Shown: positions 27,394-37,540, numbered from the stretch's first letter. The stretch: 64,000 nt of DNA from Clostridia bacterium (GCA_017397175.1 JAFQKA010000052.1:3001-67000), one strand, 5' to 3'. Made by a program: numbers and translations. Notes: generated by a model not told the origin, from the letters alone.

Positions 27394-29347
27394 GAAGCCT
27401 CAGATGCCGCGCGGCGGCAGGCCCCGTGCAAAAAAGGGAACTCTCCTCCGTCTTATAAAAATGCTCTTCTCGGATTTCAAGGGACTTTTGATCCTTGAGA
27501 TCGCACTTATCGCCTTTTTCGGACTTGTGAGCACCGCACCGGCAATTTACGTGCGGACGATTGCAGGCTACATAGCCGAAGGTCTTGAGAGGGTCAAGGC
27601 GGGTGAGGCCGGCGCGGCGGTTTACGCAGATATGTCGCCTCAGATAATCAAGACCATTCTCATTATGGTCTGCGTTTACGTTCTCGCTCTTGCTTGTGTG
27701 TTCACATATCAGAGATTGGGCGCGGTCATTACTCAGCGCTTCCTTTGCAACATGCGAAAGCGTATGTTTGACCGTATGCAGTCCCTGCCTATCAAGTATT
27801 TTGACGTGAACAGCCACGGCGATATCATGAGCCATTATACAAACGATATCGACACTCTCCGTCAGCTTATTTCTCAGTCCCTGCCCGGTATTCTTTCCTC
27901 GGGTCTGATCCTGGCATCTCTGTTCTGTATAATGCTCTATTACAGCCTTTGGATGACGTTGGTCGTGCTCGTGGGTATTTCCTTTATGATCCTTACCGCA
28001 AAGGTGGTGGGCGGAAACAGTGCGAGATTCTTTATCCGCCAGCAGAAGTCGGTAGGTAAGGTCGAGGGCTTCGTTGAGGAAATGATGAACGGACAGAAGG
28101 TCGTTAAGGTATTTTGCCACGAGGGCAAGGCGACGGAGGATTTTGACAAACTCAACGGTCAGCTCTGCGCCGACGCAACATCTGCAAACAGATTTGCAAA
28201 CATTCTCATGCCCATCATGAATAACATCGGCAACATCTTCTACGTTGCGGCGGCGTTCATGGGCGGACTTTTCTTGACTACCTTTAACGTCCCCAATTAT
28301 TCGATCCACGCCCTTGTGACGGGCAGTCTGACGCTTGAGATCGCGGTGGTCGTTACATTCCTTGGTATGACCAAGCAGTTCGGTGCGAACGTTTCTCAGG
28401 TCTCCCAGGAGGTCAATTCTATTGTAATGGCACTGGCGGGAGCTGATCGAATCTTTACGCTCATTGACGAGGAACCTGAGACAGACGAGGGTTACGTTAC
28501 CCTGGTGAACGTAAAGGAAGAAAACGGACAGCTTATTGAGAGCGAAAAGAGAACGGGCAAGTGGGCGTGGAAGCACCCCCACGCCGCCGACGGTACGGTC
28601 ACTTATACGCCCTTGCAGGGTGACGTCCGCATGTTCGACGTGGATTTCGGCTACACGGACGAGAAGATAGTTCTTCACAATATCACACTCTATGCCGAGC
28701 CGGGTCAGAAGGTAGCCTTTGTAGGCGCGACGGGCGCGGGCAAGACCACCATCACAAATCTGATAAACCGTTTCTACGATATTGCCGACGGAAAGATTCG
28801 TTACGACGGAATAAATATCAACAAGATAAAGAAGGACGATCTTCGCCGCTCGTTGGGTATAGTTCTGCAGGATACTAACCTGTTCACGGGAACTGTTATG
28901 GAAAACATTCGTTACGGTAAGCTCGATGCTACCGACGAGGAGTGTATTTCTGCCGCAAAGTTGGCAAATGCACACGATTTCATTACCCGTCTCCCGCAGG
29001 GCTATAATACAATGCTTACGGGTAACGGCGCAAATCTGTCCCAGGGACAGCGTCAGCTTCTTTCCATCGCCCGCGCGGCGGTTGCTGATCCTCCGGTAAT
29101 GATATTGGACGAGGCGACCTCCTCTATCGACACCCGCACCGAGGCGATAGTTCAGCGTGGTATGGACGCACTTATGAAGGGCAGAACGGTGTTCGTTATC
29201 GCGCACCGACTTTCAACCGTCCGAAATTCCGACGTTATCATGGTCCTTGATCACGGTCGTATCATCGAGCGAGGAACCCACGAGGATCTTATCGCTCAGG
29301 GCGGACAGTATTACAGTCTTTATACAGGCGCATTTGAGCTTGAATAA
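27386..29347 (+). CDS. ABC exporter, fused permease/ATPase (heterodimer half 2)
   Basis: GATGAGKTT, LSQGQRQ and MILDEATS. There is an 8-nt overlap with the upstream gene. Confidence 0.9.
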   Translation: MSKKPQMPRGGRPRAKKGTLLRLIKMLFSDFKGLLILEIALIAFFGLVSTAPAIYVRTIAGYIAEGLERVKAGEAGAAVYADMSPQIIKTILIMVCVYVLALACVFTYQRLGAVITQRFLCNMRKRMFDRMQSLPIKYFDVNSHGDIMSHYTNDIDTLRQLISQSLPGILSSGLILASLFCIMLYYSLWMTLVVLVGISFMILTAKVVGGNSARFFIRQQKSVGKVEGFVEEMMNGQKVVKVFCHEGKATEDFDKLNGQLCADATSANRFANILMPIMNNIGNIFYVAAAFMGGLFLTTFNVPNYSIHALVTGSLTLEIAVVVTFLGMTKQFGANVSQVSQEVNSIVMALAGADRIFTLIDEEPETDEGYVTLVNVKEENGQLIESEKRTGKWAWKHPHAADGTVTYTPLQGDVRMFDVDFGYTDEKIVLHNITLYAEPGQKVAFVGATGAGKTTITNLINRFYDIADGKIRYDGININKIKKDDLRRSLGIVLQDTNLFTGTVMENIRYGKLDATDEECISAAKLANAHDFITRLPQGYNTMLTGNGANLSQGQRQLLSIARAAVADPPVMILDEATSSIDTRTEAIVQRGMDALMKGRTVFVIAHRLSTVRNSDVIMVLDHGRIIERGTHEDLIAQGGQYYSLYTGAFELE

Positions 29348-29386
29348 AATAAAGGTCGGTGGCTTTCGCCACCGACCTTTATTTTA
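29348..29386. terminator. Bidirectional terminator
   Basis: 13-bp stem AAAGGTCGGTGGC/GCCACCGACCTTT. Confidence 0.85.
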
Positions 29387-30235
29387 TTGTCCGTTGGGAT
29401 TCTGCGGAGGTTGCTGAGGATTTTCCGGCTGCGCGGGAGGTGTGTAAGGCGGGAAGCCCTGATTTCCGTATGAAGGGTTGTAGCCTCCGTTATAGCCCTG
29501 ATTGAAATTAGGATTGTTATAGCTTTGATTGAAATTCGGGGTGTTATAACCTTGGTTGTAACCGTTGCTCTGATTGGGCGCAAATCCGCCGTAATAGCCG
29601 TTATATCCCTGACCGAATCTGCCTGCATTTTCTCCGCCGATGGGTTTGTTGCGGCTGGCGAAGATGAAAAATGGAGTGAGGAAACCGAAGAAGATAGAAA
29701 GAACAGTGAACAGGGTAGCGTTTTCGGGATTGAAGTTCTTGAAAAGATAGTAGATGGCTATGTAATAGAAGACCGTGTATGCAATGCTCGCGGCAGCCGA
29801 CAGGAAGCTCTTTGCCATATAAGACATGACGAACGCCTCAAGGAGGTCTTCGATATCTGACCTTTCTCCGAATTGGATTATTGCTCTCACGGTTCCCATA
29901 ATCGAGCTGAGGCTGATGAGGCTTGTGCCCACATTGAGACCGAGCAATATCCACCCATAGGGCAGTCTCTTTTTGCCGTCCACAGGTTCCTGCGCGACTC
30001 TGCCCAGCACGTATAGATTCACCACGGGAAAGAATGCAAGAGCGGGTGCGGAAATATTAAGTCTTTTACCCATTTTATAAAGTCCAATAGCCTGGAACAG
30101 GTAGATTGCGATGCTTATAGCGCAGGAGATCAGAAGAATTATTCCGATGATGGCGATCCCTGCTGTCGCGGCGCTTTCGTAAGCGTAATAATCAAAATTC
30201 TCGTATCCGTCGAACAGACCGAAATTATCGTTCAT
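29384..30235 (-). CDS. Membrane protein with an 84-aa N/Q/G/Y/P-rich C-terminal tail (paralogue A)
   Basis: 283 aa, sharing LYKMGKRLNISAPALAFFPVVNLYVLGRVAQ with the upstream paralogue. The tail is ..GYNQGYNTPNFNQSYNNPNFNQGYNGGYNPSYGNQG.. Confidence 0.7.
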   Translation of the reverse strand: MNDNFGLFDGYENFDYYAYESAATAGIAIIGIILLISCAISIAIYLFQAIGLYKMGKRLNISAPALAFFPVVNLYVLGRVAQEPVDGKKRLPYGWILLGLNVGTSLISLSSIMGTVRAIIQFGERSDIEDLLEAFVMSYMAKSFLSAAASIAYTVFYYIAIYYLFKNFNPENATLFTVLSIFFGFLTPFFIFASRNKPIGGENAGRFGQGYNGYYGGFAPNQSNGYNQGYNTPNFNQSYNNPNFNQGYNGGYNPSYGNQGFPPYTPPAQPENPQQPPQNPNGQ

Positions 30236-30268
30236 GGTAATATCGTCCTTTTGGGACGTCTCCTTTCT

Positions 30269-30970
30269 TTATTCAATGGCGTTTTCCTTTTCTCTTAAGC
30301 TATTTCTCTTGGAGAAAAGGAAGAATGGGATGAATATGGGAAGCACGACAGAGACTGCAAGGTACAAAGGCGCGCATTCTCCCGCACAAACCTTGTAAAC
30401 GTAGTAGAGGGTTATGTAGAAGAAAATTGATACGATCAGACCGATAAGGGCGATCGTGAGGCTGCTTGTCACAAGCGGTCCGCCGATAAACGTGAACAGC
30501 CCCTCAAGGGACACGACCACGTTTTCCATAGTCATGCCCGATATGAGATTTGCAAAGCCTGTTGCCACAGAGGCGGACATAAGGGATTCTGCCCAAGCGG
30601 CGACGAGGGAGAGCACGAGCAATATCCAGCCAAACGGGAATTTTCTCTTTTTCTCGCCGTTGCCCTGAGCCACCCGACCGAGCAGATAGAGATTTGCCAC
30701 GGGAATAAACGCAAGCCAGGGGGCGGCGATGCCCAGATTTTTCGCCGTTTTGAAAAGACCCACGGAATAGAAAACGTAAGAGAGAATTGCAAGGGTCACG
30801 GCAATCAGTGCGATAAATCCCGCAATGGCAATTGCCCATGAAAGTCCTGCAGCAGCGGCAGCGTTCTTGATGCCGTCGTATTGCGAATAATCGTAGTTGG
30901 CATAAAAATCAAGGATCTCCTCAAATTCATATGCAGAATAGCGTTCATATATTTCGTATATTTTATCCAT
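30269..30970 (-). CDS. Membrane protein, paralogue B (no low-complexity tail)
   Basis: LFKTAKNLGIAAPWLAFIPVANLYLLGRVAQ. The start MDKIYEIY was chosen by comparison with paralogue A. Confidence 0.65.
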   Translation of the reverse strand: MDKIYEIYERYSAYEFEEILDFYANYDYSQYDGIKNAAAAAGLSWAIAIAGFIALIAVTLAILSYVFYSVGLFKTAKNLGIAAPWLAFIPVANLYLLGRVAQGNGEKKRKFPFGWILLVLSLVAAWAESLMSASVATGFANLISGMTMENVVVSLEGLFTFIGGPLVTSSLTIALIGLIVSIFFYITLYYVYKVCAGECAPLYLAVSVVLPIFIPFFLFSKRNSLREKENAIE

Positions 30971-31021
30971 GACTGTTCGTCCTAAAAGGACATTTCCTTT
31001 CATTTTTTAATTGAGTGCAGA

Positions 31022-31759
31022 TCATTTGAGTCTTATCTCGCCCGTGTGCGGCAGGTGATCGGAAGAGGATATACCCGGAATGTCGGCGTTTATTATCTCA
31101 AAGTCTTTTGAGACAAATATGTAATCTATCTTTGTGCGGGGCTTGTCTGTGGGGAATGTATGACATTTCTCGCAGGCAAATCCTGCGCTGACGTCGCGCA
31201 ATCGTGCTCTTATGGGGTCGAGAATGGTATTGTCGGGAGGCATATTGAAATCGCCCATCAAAATTACGGGGGTGAGGATCTTTTCAAGCTCTGAACAGAT
31301 GGTGACCACGGCACTTACCCGTTCGTCGTCGTTGAGACCCATGTGGCAGGAAAGGACCGTGACGGTTTTTCCGTTCACGTCAAGCTCTGCCTTGAGCAAG
31401 CACCTGTCCTCGTAGCGGTGAATGTTGTAATAGCGGTCGCGGGGAGAGGGGACGGGAATATCCACCGAGCGGAGTATGGGGAATTTTGTTAGAAGAGCGT
31501 TTCCGTAAAGACCTTTTCCCTTTATGTTGATGGCAGGTGCGAAATATCCCGTCATGCCCGTAAGTAGAGACAGCTGCTCGGTCTGATTTGTATAAGTTGG
31601 GTCGGCAGGACCGCTGTTGGCGATCCCGCGAACCTCGTTAAGTGACACGATGTCGGGGTCAAATCGCTTTATGACCGACGCTACCAAAGGAAGATTTATC
31701 CTTTTTTCGGGGTGGTAAAATTCAGCTCCGTGCTGAATATTGAACTGCATTATTTTCAT
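31022..31759 (-). CDS. Endonuclease/exonuclease/phosphatase (EEP) family protein
   Basis: MQFNIQHG..DIVSLNEV..GDFN..SDHLP are EEP motifs. Confidence 0.75.
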   Translation of the reverse strand: MKIMQFNIQHGAEFYHPEKRINLPLVASVIKRFDPDIVSLNEVRGIANSGPADPTYTNQTEQLSLLTGMTGYFAPAINIKGKGLYGNALLTKFPILRSVDIPVPSPRDRYYNIHRYEDRCLLKAELDVNGKTVTVLSCHMGLNDDERVSAVVTICSELEKILTPVILMGDFNMPPDNTILDPIRARLRDVSAGFACEKCHTFPTDKPRTKIDYIFVSKDFEIINADIPGISSSDHLPHTGEIRLK

Positions 31760-31777
31760 CGCTGTTTCCTGCTTTTA

Positions 31778-33226
31778 TCAAAGCTCGCCTCTCTTGTAGA
31801 GTCTGTTCAAGCGATGGTACTTTTCGGGGTCAAGTCGGCCAAGCTGATCCTTTGTTATTCTGAACGCCCAGTTTCCTTCGGATTTGCCGGGAGTGTTCAT
31901 TCGGGTGTCCGCACCAAAGCCCAGAAGATCCTGAATGGGGAAGATTACCGTTGAAGCGTGGCTTGCCATAATGTTGCGGACAACGATATCACAGGCGCGG
32001 TCGCGGTCGTCGCCCTCGTAGCCGATGTAGTCGAACATTTCGCGGCGCTCGCTTTCCTCTTGCTCCCAGATGTAGCCCAGCAGCGTGTTGTTGTCGTGAG
32101 TACCCGAATATGCTATGCAGTTTTCCGTGTAATTGTGAGGCATATGGGAGCTGTCGTCACCAAAAAATCCGAACTGGAACACTCTCATTCCGGGGTAACC
32201 GCTGTATTTTACAAGCTCCTCCACCTCGGGGGTGATCTCGCCCAGATCCTCTGCGATAATGAAATTCTTTTTGGGGTCTGTGACACTTTGAATCGCGTCT
32301 ACGAACGCTTTGCCCGGGCCTTTTACCCATTTGCCCTTTTTTGCGGTCTTGGCGTTGGCGGGAATGCTCCAGAAGGATTCAAGACCTCTGAAATGGTCGA
32401 TACGCACGCCGTCAAACATTTTGTACATATGCTTTACGCGGTCTTTCCACCAAGTAAAGCCGTCCTGCGCCATTTTTTCCCAGTTGTAGAGGGGGTTGCC
32501 CCAAAGCTGGCCGTCCTCGGAGAAATAATCGGGGGGAACACCTGCAACGACGGTAGGCTTGCCGTCCTCGTCAAGCAGGAACATATCGCGGTTTGCCCAA
32601 ACGTCGGCACTGTTGTCCGAGACGTAGATCGGAATGTCTCCGATGATGGAGATACCCTTGCTGTTTGCGTATTTTTTTATTTTGCTCCACTGGTCAAAGA
32701 AGGCGTATTCAATGAACTTCCACAGATCGTATACGCTCTTGTCGTATTTTTCCGTTGTCCACTCGAACCAGCTCTTGTTATCGTTTGCCGTAAGGAGCGC
32801 CATAAAATGGCAGACCTGTTCAAGATAGGGATTTTCACGGATAAATTTGTTTATTTTTGCCTTTTTTGCTTTTGAGCATCTTTCGGTTGCCAGCTTAAGC
32901 AGGGGAAGACGTTCAACGTTAAGTCTGTCAAATTCGCAGACGTAAGGAGTTTTCTGTTTTGACATTTCAAGCTCAAGCTCGGTGATGAGTCCTTCGGCTG
33001 CAAGCTCCTCAAGGTCGATAAAATTGGGATTTCCGCCAAAGGAAGAATATGACTTGTAAGGGGAATTTACCGTATCTGTCATACAGAAGGGGAGCGTCTG
33101 CCAGCAGGAGAATCCGCTTTTTTCAAGAAAATCTACAAATTCGATCGCTTCTTTTCCGAAGCTTCCGCAGGAATAATCGCCGTAAAGTGATGATACGTGC
33201 ATAAGCACACCGCTTTGTCTTTTCAT
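31778..33226 (-). CDS. malQ: 4-alpha-glucanotransferase (amylomaltase)
   Basis: Start MKRQSGVLMHVSSL, then GDIPIYV, RIDHFRG and the GH77 block YSGTHDN. Confidence 0.9.
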   Translation of the reverse strand: MKRQSGVLMHVSSLYGDYSCGSFGKEAIEFVDFLEKSGFSCWQTLPFCMTDTVNSPYKSYSSFGGNPNFIDLEELAAEGLITELELEMSKQKTPYVCEFDRLNVERLPLLKLATERCSKAKKAKINKFIRENPYLEQVCHFMALLTANDNKSWFEWTTEKYDKSVYDLWKFIEYAFFDQWSKIKKYANSKGISIIGDIPIYVSDNSADVWANRDMFLLDEDGKPTVVAGVPPDYFSEDGQLWGNPLYNWEKMAQDGFTWWKDRVKHMYKMFDGVRIDHFRGLESFWSIPANAKTAKKGKWVKGPGKAFVDAIQSVTDPKKNFIIAEDLGEITPEVEELVKYSGYPGMRVFQFGFFGDDSSHMPHNYTENCIAYSGTHDNNTLLGYIWEQEESERREMFDYIGYEGDDRDRACDIVVRNIMASHASTVIFPIQDLLGFGADTRMNTPGKSEGNWAFRITKDQLGRLDPEKYHRLNRLYKRGEL

Positions 33227-33397
33227 ATCTTTGTCCTTTCGCGCCCGCGCAGGGCATTTAATAAATAAAAGAGCCTTGTGCATAAATTACAGATATATTA
33301 TAACATTCTTTTTTCACAATTACAACAAGAAAATTACATATTTTTTGAAAATGAGTGTAAAAATCCCGCTCTGACGATAGCAGAGCGGGATTTAGGA

Positions 33398-35152
33398 TTA
33401 AGCCAAAGAATATTTCTTTTGCATTTCCTCGTATTCGCGGAGGAAGTTTTCATCTGTGCTGCGAAGCTCGCCCAGATATTGGTGAAGGTCAAGATCGCTG
33501 TGCTTCATTTCGATTATGCAGCCTGCGATGTTTGAGCAGTGGTCGGAAACGCGCTCAAGATTTGTGAGCAGGTCTGAGAGAACAAAGCCTACCTCGATAG
33601 AGCAATCGCCCGCCTGTAAACGCAGAATATGATGTGCGCGGATCTGCTTTTTCAGATTGTCGATGACCTGTTCAAGAGGCTCTACTCTCAAGGCAAGGGA
33701 AGAATCCCCGTCGACGTAAGCGCGGTAGGCGCGCTCTACTATATCGCGGACGGCCTCTACCATGATCTCGATCTCTTTCTGTGCTTGCTCGGTAAACGTG
33801 AAGCCCTTTTCTCTCATTTCCTCGGCGGATTCAATGATATTCACCGCGTGGTCGGAAATTCTTTCGAAATCTCCGATCATGTGGAGCATTTTTGAGGTTT
33901 CGGTACTGTCTGCCTTGCTAAGCTCCTGTGCGGACAGCTTTACCAAAAACGATCCGAGGATATCTTCATAGCGGTCTGTCTTGTCCTCTGCATTTCGAAT
34001 CTCTTCGGCAGCTTCGGGAGTGTAGCTTTTCAGAGAATCAAGGCTTGATCTCAGGGCATCGACAGCGCAGTCTGCCATTTCGCGTGTCAGTGTGCGGCAA
34101 CGGTCGATAGCAAATGCGGGGGTTGCCAGAAGTCGCTCGTCGATAGCGGTCAGCTCCTCTGTTTCCTTTGCATCGGGAACCAGCTTTATTGCAAGCTTTT
34201 CAAGAAGTCCTGCCGCAGGAAGGAGACAAAGCGTGCAGGCGATGTTGAAGGCAGAGTGGATGACCGCGATACTGACCTCGTTTGCCATGTTGTTGTCAAC
34301 AAAGGAAGCAAGAGCGGGGACTGCAATTCTGGCCACGGAGAATATAACGAGCCACAGCATACAGCCGATAACGTTAAAGCTCAGATGTACAAAGCTTGTA
34401 CGCTTTGCGTTTTTTGTGGTTCCCACCGAGGACAGAAGTGCGGTGATACAAGTACCGATGTTCTGACCGAAGATGATCGGTATGGTGGCTCCGATGGAGA
34501 CGGTGCCCGTAGAGGACAAAGCCTGCAGGATACCGACAGAAGCGGAGGAGGACTGAATGATCGCCGTCAGGAGCGCACCCGCAAGAACGCCGAGAATGGG
34601 GTTGGAGAACGCGGTCATGAGGCTGGTGAATTCGGGAACGTGGCGAAGTCCCGCAACAGAATCGCTCATGGCATCCATGCCGAACATGAGTGTGGCAAAG
34701 CCAAGGAGGATCATTCCGATATCCTTGTGCTTGTCCGATTTCATGAAGAGATAAAGCACGATTCCGATCAGGGCAAGAATCGGTGTGAAATTGGTGGGCT
34801 TGAGCATGGAGACAAAGAAATTGGAGCCTTCGATTCCCGCAAGCGACAGGATCCACGCGGTTACGGTGGTTCCCACGTTGGCGCCCATTATAACGTTGAT
34901 CGCCTGCTTTAGTGACATAACGCCCGAGTTTACGAAGCCCACGACCATTACTGTGGTGGCGGACGAGGACTGGATTACAGCGGTCACGCACACGCCTGTA
35001 AAGAATCCCATTATCCTGTTTGTCGTCAGCCTTCCGATGAAGGTTGAAAGCTTTGAGCCGGCGCGCTTTTCAAGTCCGTTTCCCATTACCTGCATACCGA
35101 AAAGGAACAGGCAAAGGCCTCCTATAAGTGATAAAACGTCTGTGTAATTCAT
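33398..35152 (-). CDS. Na/Pi cotransporter family protein with PhoU-like C-terminal domain
   Basis: Duplicated QSSSAT/QSSSAS motifs and C-terminal PhoU-like helices. Confidence 0.9.
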   Translation of the reverse strand: MNYTDVLSLIGGLCLFLFGMQVMGNGLEKRAGSKLSTFIGRLTTNRIMGFFTGVCVTAVIQSSSATTVMVVGFVNSGVMSLKQAINVIMGANVGTTVTAWILSLAGIEGSNFFVSMLKPTNFTPILALIGIVLYLFMKSDKHKDIGMILLGFATLMFGMDAMSDSVAGLRHVPEFTSLMTAFSNPILGVLAGALLTAIIQSSSASVGILQALSSTGTVSIGATIPIIFGQNIGTCITALLSSVGTTKNAKRTSFVHLSFNVIGCMLWLVIFSVARIAVPALASFVDNNMANEVSIAVIHSAFNIACTLCLLPAAGLLEKLAIKLVPDAKETEELTAIDERLLATPAFAIDRCRTLTREMADCAVDALRSSLDSLKSYTPEAAEEIRNAEDKTDRYEDILGSFLVKLSAQELSKADSTETSKMLHMIGDFERISDHAVNIIESAEEMREKGFTFTEQAQKEIEIMVEAVRDIVERAYRAYVDGDSSLALRVEPLEQVIDNLKKQIRAHHILRLQAGDCSIEVGFVLSDLLTNLERVSDHCSNIAGCIIEMKHSDLDLHQYLGELRSTDENFLREYEEMQKKYSLA

Positions 35153-35224
35153 TGACTACCTCTTTTTTGAAGATTACAGCCATATTTTACCATAAGGTTG
35201 TTGAATTTTCAATAGGAAACGAAC

Positions 35225-35259
35225 AAAAAACGGCGGTTTGTAAATAACCGCCGTTTTTT
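35225..35259. terminator. Bidirectional terminator
   Basis: A6-CGGCGGTT..AACCGCCG-T6. Confidence 0.8.
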
Positions 35260-35304
35260 GTTGGCAGGGTAAAAGCAGTTTTGCGCAACCCGCAGTTGAT
35301 GCTT

Positions 35305-35922
35305 TTATTTGATGAAATTGGTTCTTTCCCTCTGTAATTCGGGGCGTTCGATGCCTGCCTTTTTGCCGGATTCGATGCAGCGGAGCACCCACGCCATGTT
35401 TTTGCCGATGTTCGTCATGGTCATAAGACCTTCCTTATCCTGCTCGACCTCGTCGGGAGTGTTGCCGTGTACGGCGTTCCAGTAAGTAGAGGAGACGATG
35501 GGCATTGAGGTTATGCCGAAATATTTGTTGATGACCTCAACCGATGCGGTGGTTCCCGAACGGCGTGCGCTGACAACGGCCGCGCCGGGCTTGAACGCAA
35601 AATTTCTGCCGCAGGAGTAGAACGCGCGGTCAAGGACAGTCAACAGACGTGCGCTGGGGTGGGCGTAATATACGGGCGAGCCGAAAACGAAGCCGTCACA
35701 TTCAAGTGCTTTTTCCGCCAGACGGTTTGCCACGTCACCAAACACGCACTTTCCCGTTTTTCTGCAGGAGCCGCAGGCTGTGCAGTCGGGAATGGGCGCG
35801 TTGCCGATGAAAAAGAACTCGGTGTCGATCCCTTCTTCGTTCAGTGCGGCGGCTACCTCGCGCAGTGCGCGGTCGGTGCAGCCGTGCTCCCGCGAACTTC
35901 CGTTTACAAGTAAGACTTTCAT
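35305..35922 (-). CDS. Iron-sulfur flavoprotein / NADPH-dependent FMN reductase family
   Basis: MKVLLVNGSSR plus a compact Cys motif, DCTACGSCRKTGKC. Confidence 0.8.
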   Translation of the reverse strand: MKVLLVNGSSREHGCTDRALREVAAALNEEGIDTEFFFIGNAPIPDCTACGSCRKTGKCVFGDVANRLAEKALECDGFVFGSPVYYAHPSARLLTVLDRAFYSCGRNFAFKPGAAVVSARRSGTTASVEVINKYFGITSMPIVSSTYWNAVHGNTPDEVEQDKEGLMTMTNIGKNMAWVLRCIESGKKAGIERPELQRERTNFIK

Positions 35923-36084
35923 TTGTATGTACCTCCGAATCGTATTCTGCTTTTATTATATTTCAAACCCGTGATTTTTTCAACAATTATCGGATTTTTT
36001 TATTAAAAAAAGTTCTGTTGCCCTCAAAAATGTGTGAAAAATGAAAGAAAACTTCATTTTTTTCAAAAAAATTATAAAAACCTC

Positions 36085-36113
36085 TTGAAATAATCACGGT
36101 TTTGGTTTACAAT
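36085..36113 (+). promoter_or_regulatory. efp promoter
   Basis: TTGAAA-17 nt-TACAAT. Confidence 0.55.
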
Positions 36114-36187
36114 ATAGGAGTAAAATAAAAATTAAAATCGGTTACTGCGTTCAGCAGTGCCACCAGAAAAATTCGGAGGATAAAAAC

Positions 36188-36745
36188 ATGGTAGTAGCCG
36201 GCGATTTTAAGAACGGTATAACTTTCGACATGGAGGGCCAGGTTTTCCAGGTTGTGGAATTCCAGCACGTAAAGCCCGGTAAGGGTGCGGCGTTCGTTCG
36301 TACAAAGATCAAGAACGTTATCACAGGCTCCGTTATCGAGAGAACATTCAGCCCCACAGACAAGTTTGAGAACGCTTACATCGAGAGAAAGGATATGCAG
36401 TATTCTTACGACGATGGCGATCTTTACCACTTCCTTGACACGGAGACATGGGAAGAAACTCTCGTTTCTCACGACAAGGTTGATGACAATTTCAAGTTCG
36501 TAAAGGAAGAGATGATGTGCAAGATCGTTTCCTACAAGGGCAACATCTTCTCCGTTGAGCCTCCTACATTCGTTGAGCTTGAGGTTACTGACACAGACCC
36601 CGGCTTTGCAGGCAACACCGCTACAAACACTCTCAAGCCCGCAACTCTTGAGACAGGCGCCGAGATCAAGGTTCCTCTCTTTATCAACGTGGGTGACGTG
36701 CTCAAGATCGACACTCGTACAGGCGAGTATCTCTCCAGAGCATAA
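36188..36745 (+). CDS. efp: Elongation factor P
   Basis: 185 aa, with [19 protein letters not shown] containing the conserved modified Lys. Confidence 0.97.
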   Translation: MVVAGDFKNGITFDMEGQVFQVVEFQHVKPGKGAAFVRTKIKNVITGSVIERTFSPTDKFENAYIERKDMQYSYDDGDLYHFLDTETWEETLVSHDKVDDNFKFVKEEMMCKIVSYKGNIFSVEPPTFVELEVTDTDPGFAGNTATNTLKPATLETGAEIKVPLFINVGDVLKIDTRTGEYLSRA

Positions 36746-36850
36746 TTGAATTGAATCGGAAACGGGGAAAGGAAATATGCTTTTCCCCGTTTTGATAACC
36801 TGGTTTCAAAAAATATGTGCCGCGCATATGGCGGCGGAACGGAGTAAAAT

Positions 36851-37279
36851 ATGAATCTTACGGAAAAGGCATCTTACATTAAAGGACTTGCAGAGGGACT
36901 TGCGCTGGACGCAAACAAGCCCGAGGCAAAGCTTATCGAAAAAATGATCGAGCTTATCGAGGACATGAGCCGTGTTATCTCCAACATCGAGGAGGACGTT
37001 GAATATCTCGGAGATTACATTGAGGAGATCGACGACGATCTGGCAGTGGTTGAAGACGAGGTTTACGGCATCGAGGACGACGATGATTTTGAGTGCGACG
37101 GCGATTGCTGCAACTGCGATCTTGAGGATTGCATGGAAGAGGAAGAGTGCATCGAGATCGTTTGCCCCTCTTGCGGCGAGACCGTTTGCTTTGATCCCGA
37201 CATCGACCCCGACAACTTCATCTGCCCTGCTTGTCAGGAGAAGATCGAAGTCGATTTCGTAGAGGACGACGAGGAGTGA
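36851..37279 (+). CDS. CD1247-N-domain-like acidic zinc-ribbon protein
   Basis: 142 aa, acidic, with CPSCGETVCF..FICPACQEK. Its position downstream of efp matches C. difficile CD1246/CD1247 as I recall it. Confidence 0.7.
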   Translation: MNLTEKASYIKGLAEGLALDANKPEAKLIEKMIELIEDMSRVISNIEEDVEYLGDYIEEIDDDLAVVEDEVYGIEDDDDFECDGDCCNCDLEDCMEEEECIEIVCPSCGETVCFDPDIDPDNFICPACQEKIEVDFVEDDEE

Positions 37280-37299
37280 CATGAGCGCGGGTGGTTTTT

Positions 37300-37409
37300 G
37301 GGGTGCTTTTGGAAAAGCACCCCAAACCCCGAAAACTTTCAAAAAAGATTTTGGACAGACATATTGTTCGCACAAACCATAAAAACGACGGCTCAACACC
37401 GTCGTTTTT
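37300..37409 (+). repeat. Composite hairpin element, copy 2 (its 3' hairpin also serves as a terminator)
   Basis: GGGGTGCTTTTGGAAAAGCACCCCAAAC ... AAAAACGACGGCTCAACACCGTCGTTTTT. Confidence 0.5.
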
Positions 37410-37441
37410 TCATTGTAATGATAGAACTTTATTGTAGGGGC

Positions 37442-37467
37442 GACCATCGGTCGTCCGCGCACTATCA
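37442..37467 (+). repeat. TGTAGGGG-hairpin element, copy 2
   Basis: TGTAGGGGCGACCATCGGTCGTCCGC. The stem differs from copy 1 by a compensatory pair (GAGC/GCTC vs GACC/GGTC), and the G-T wobble is kept. Confidence 0.6.
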
Positions 37468-37540
37468 AATGCTGCAGGGGAGGGATATCTTTCTCCGAAA
37501 ACATGGGTGACGTAGAGCGGGTAAAAATTCTCATCGGCAC

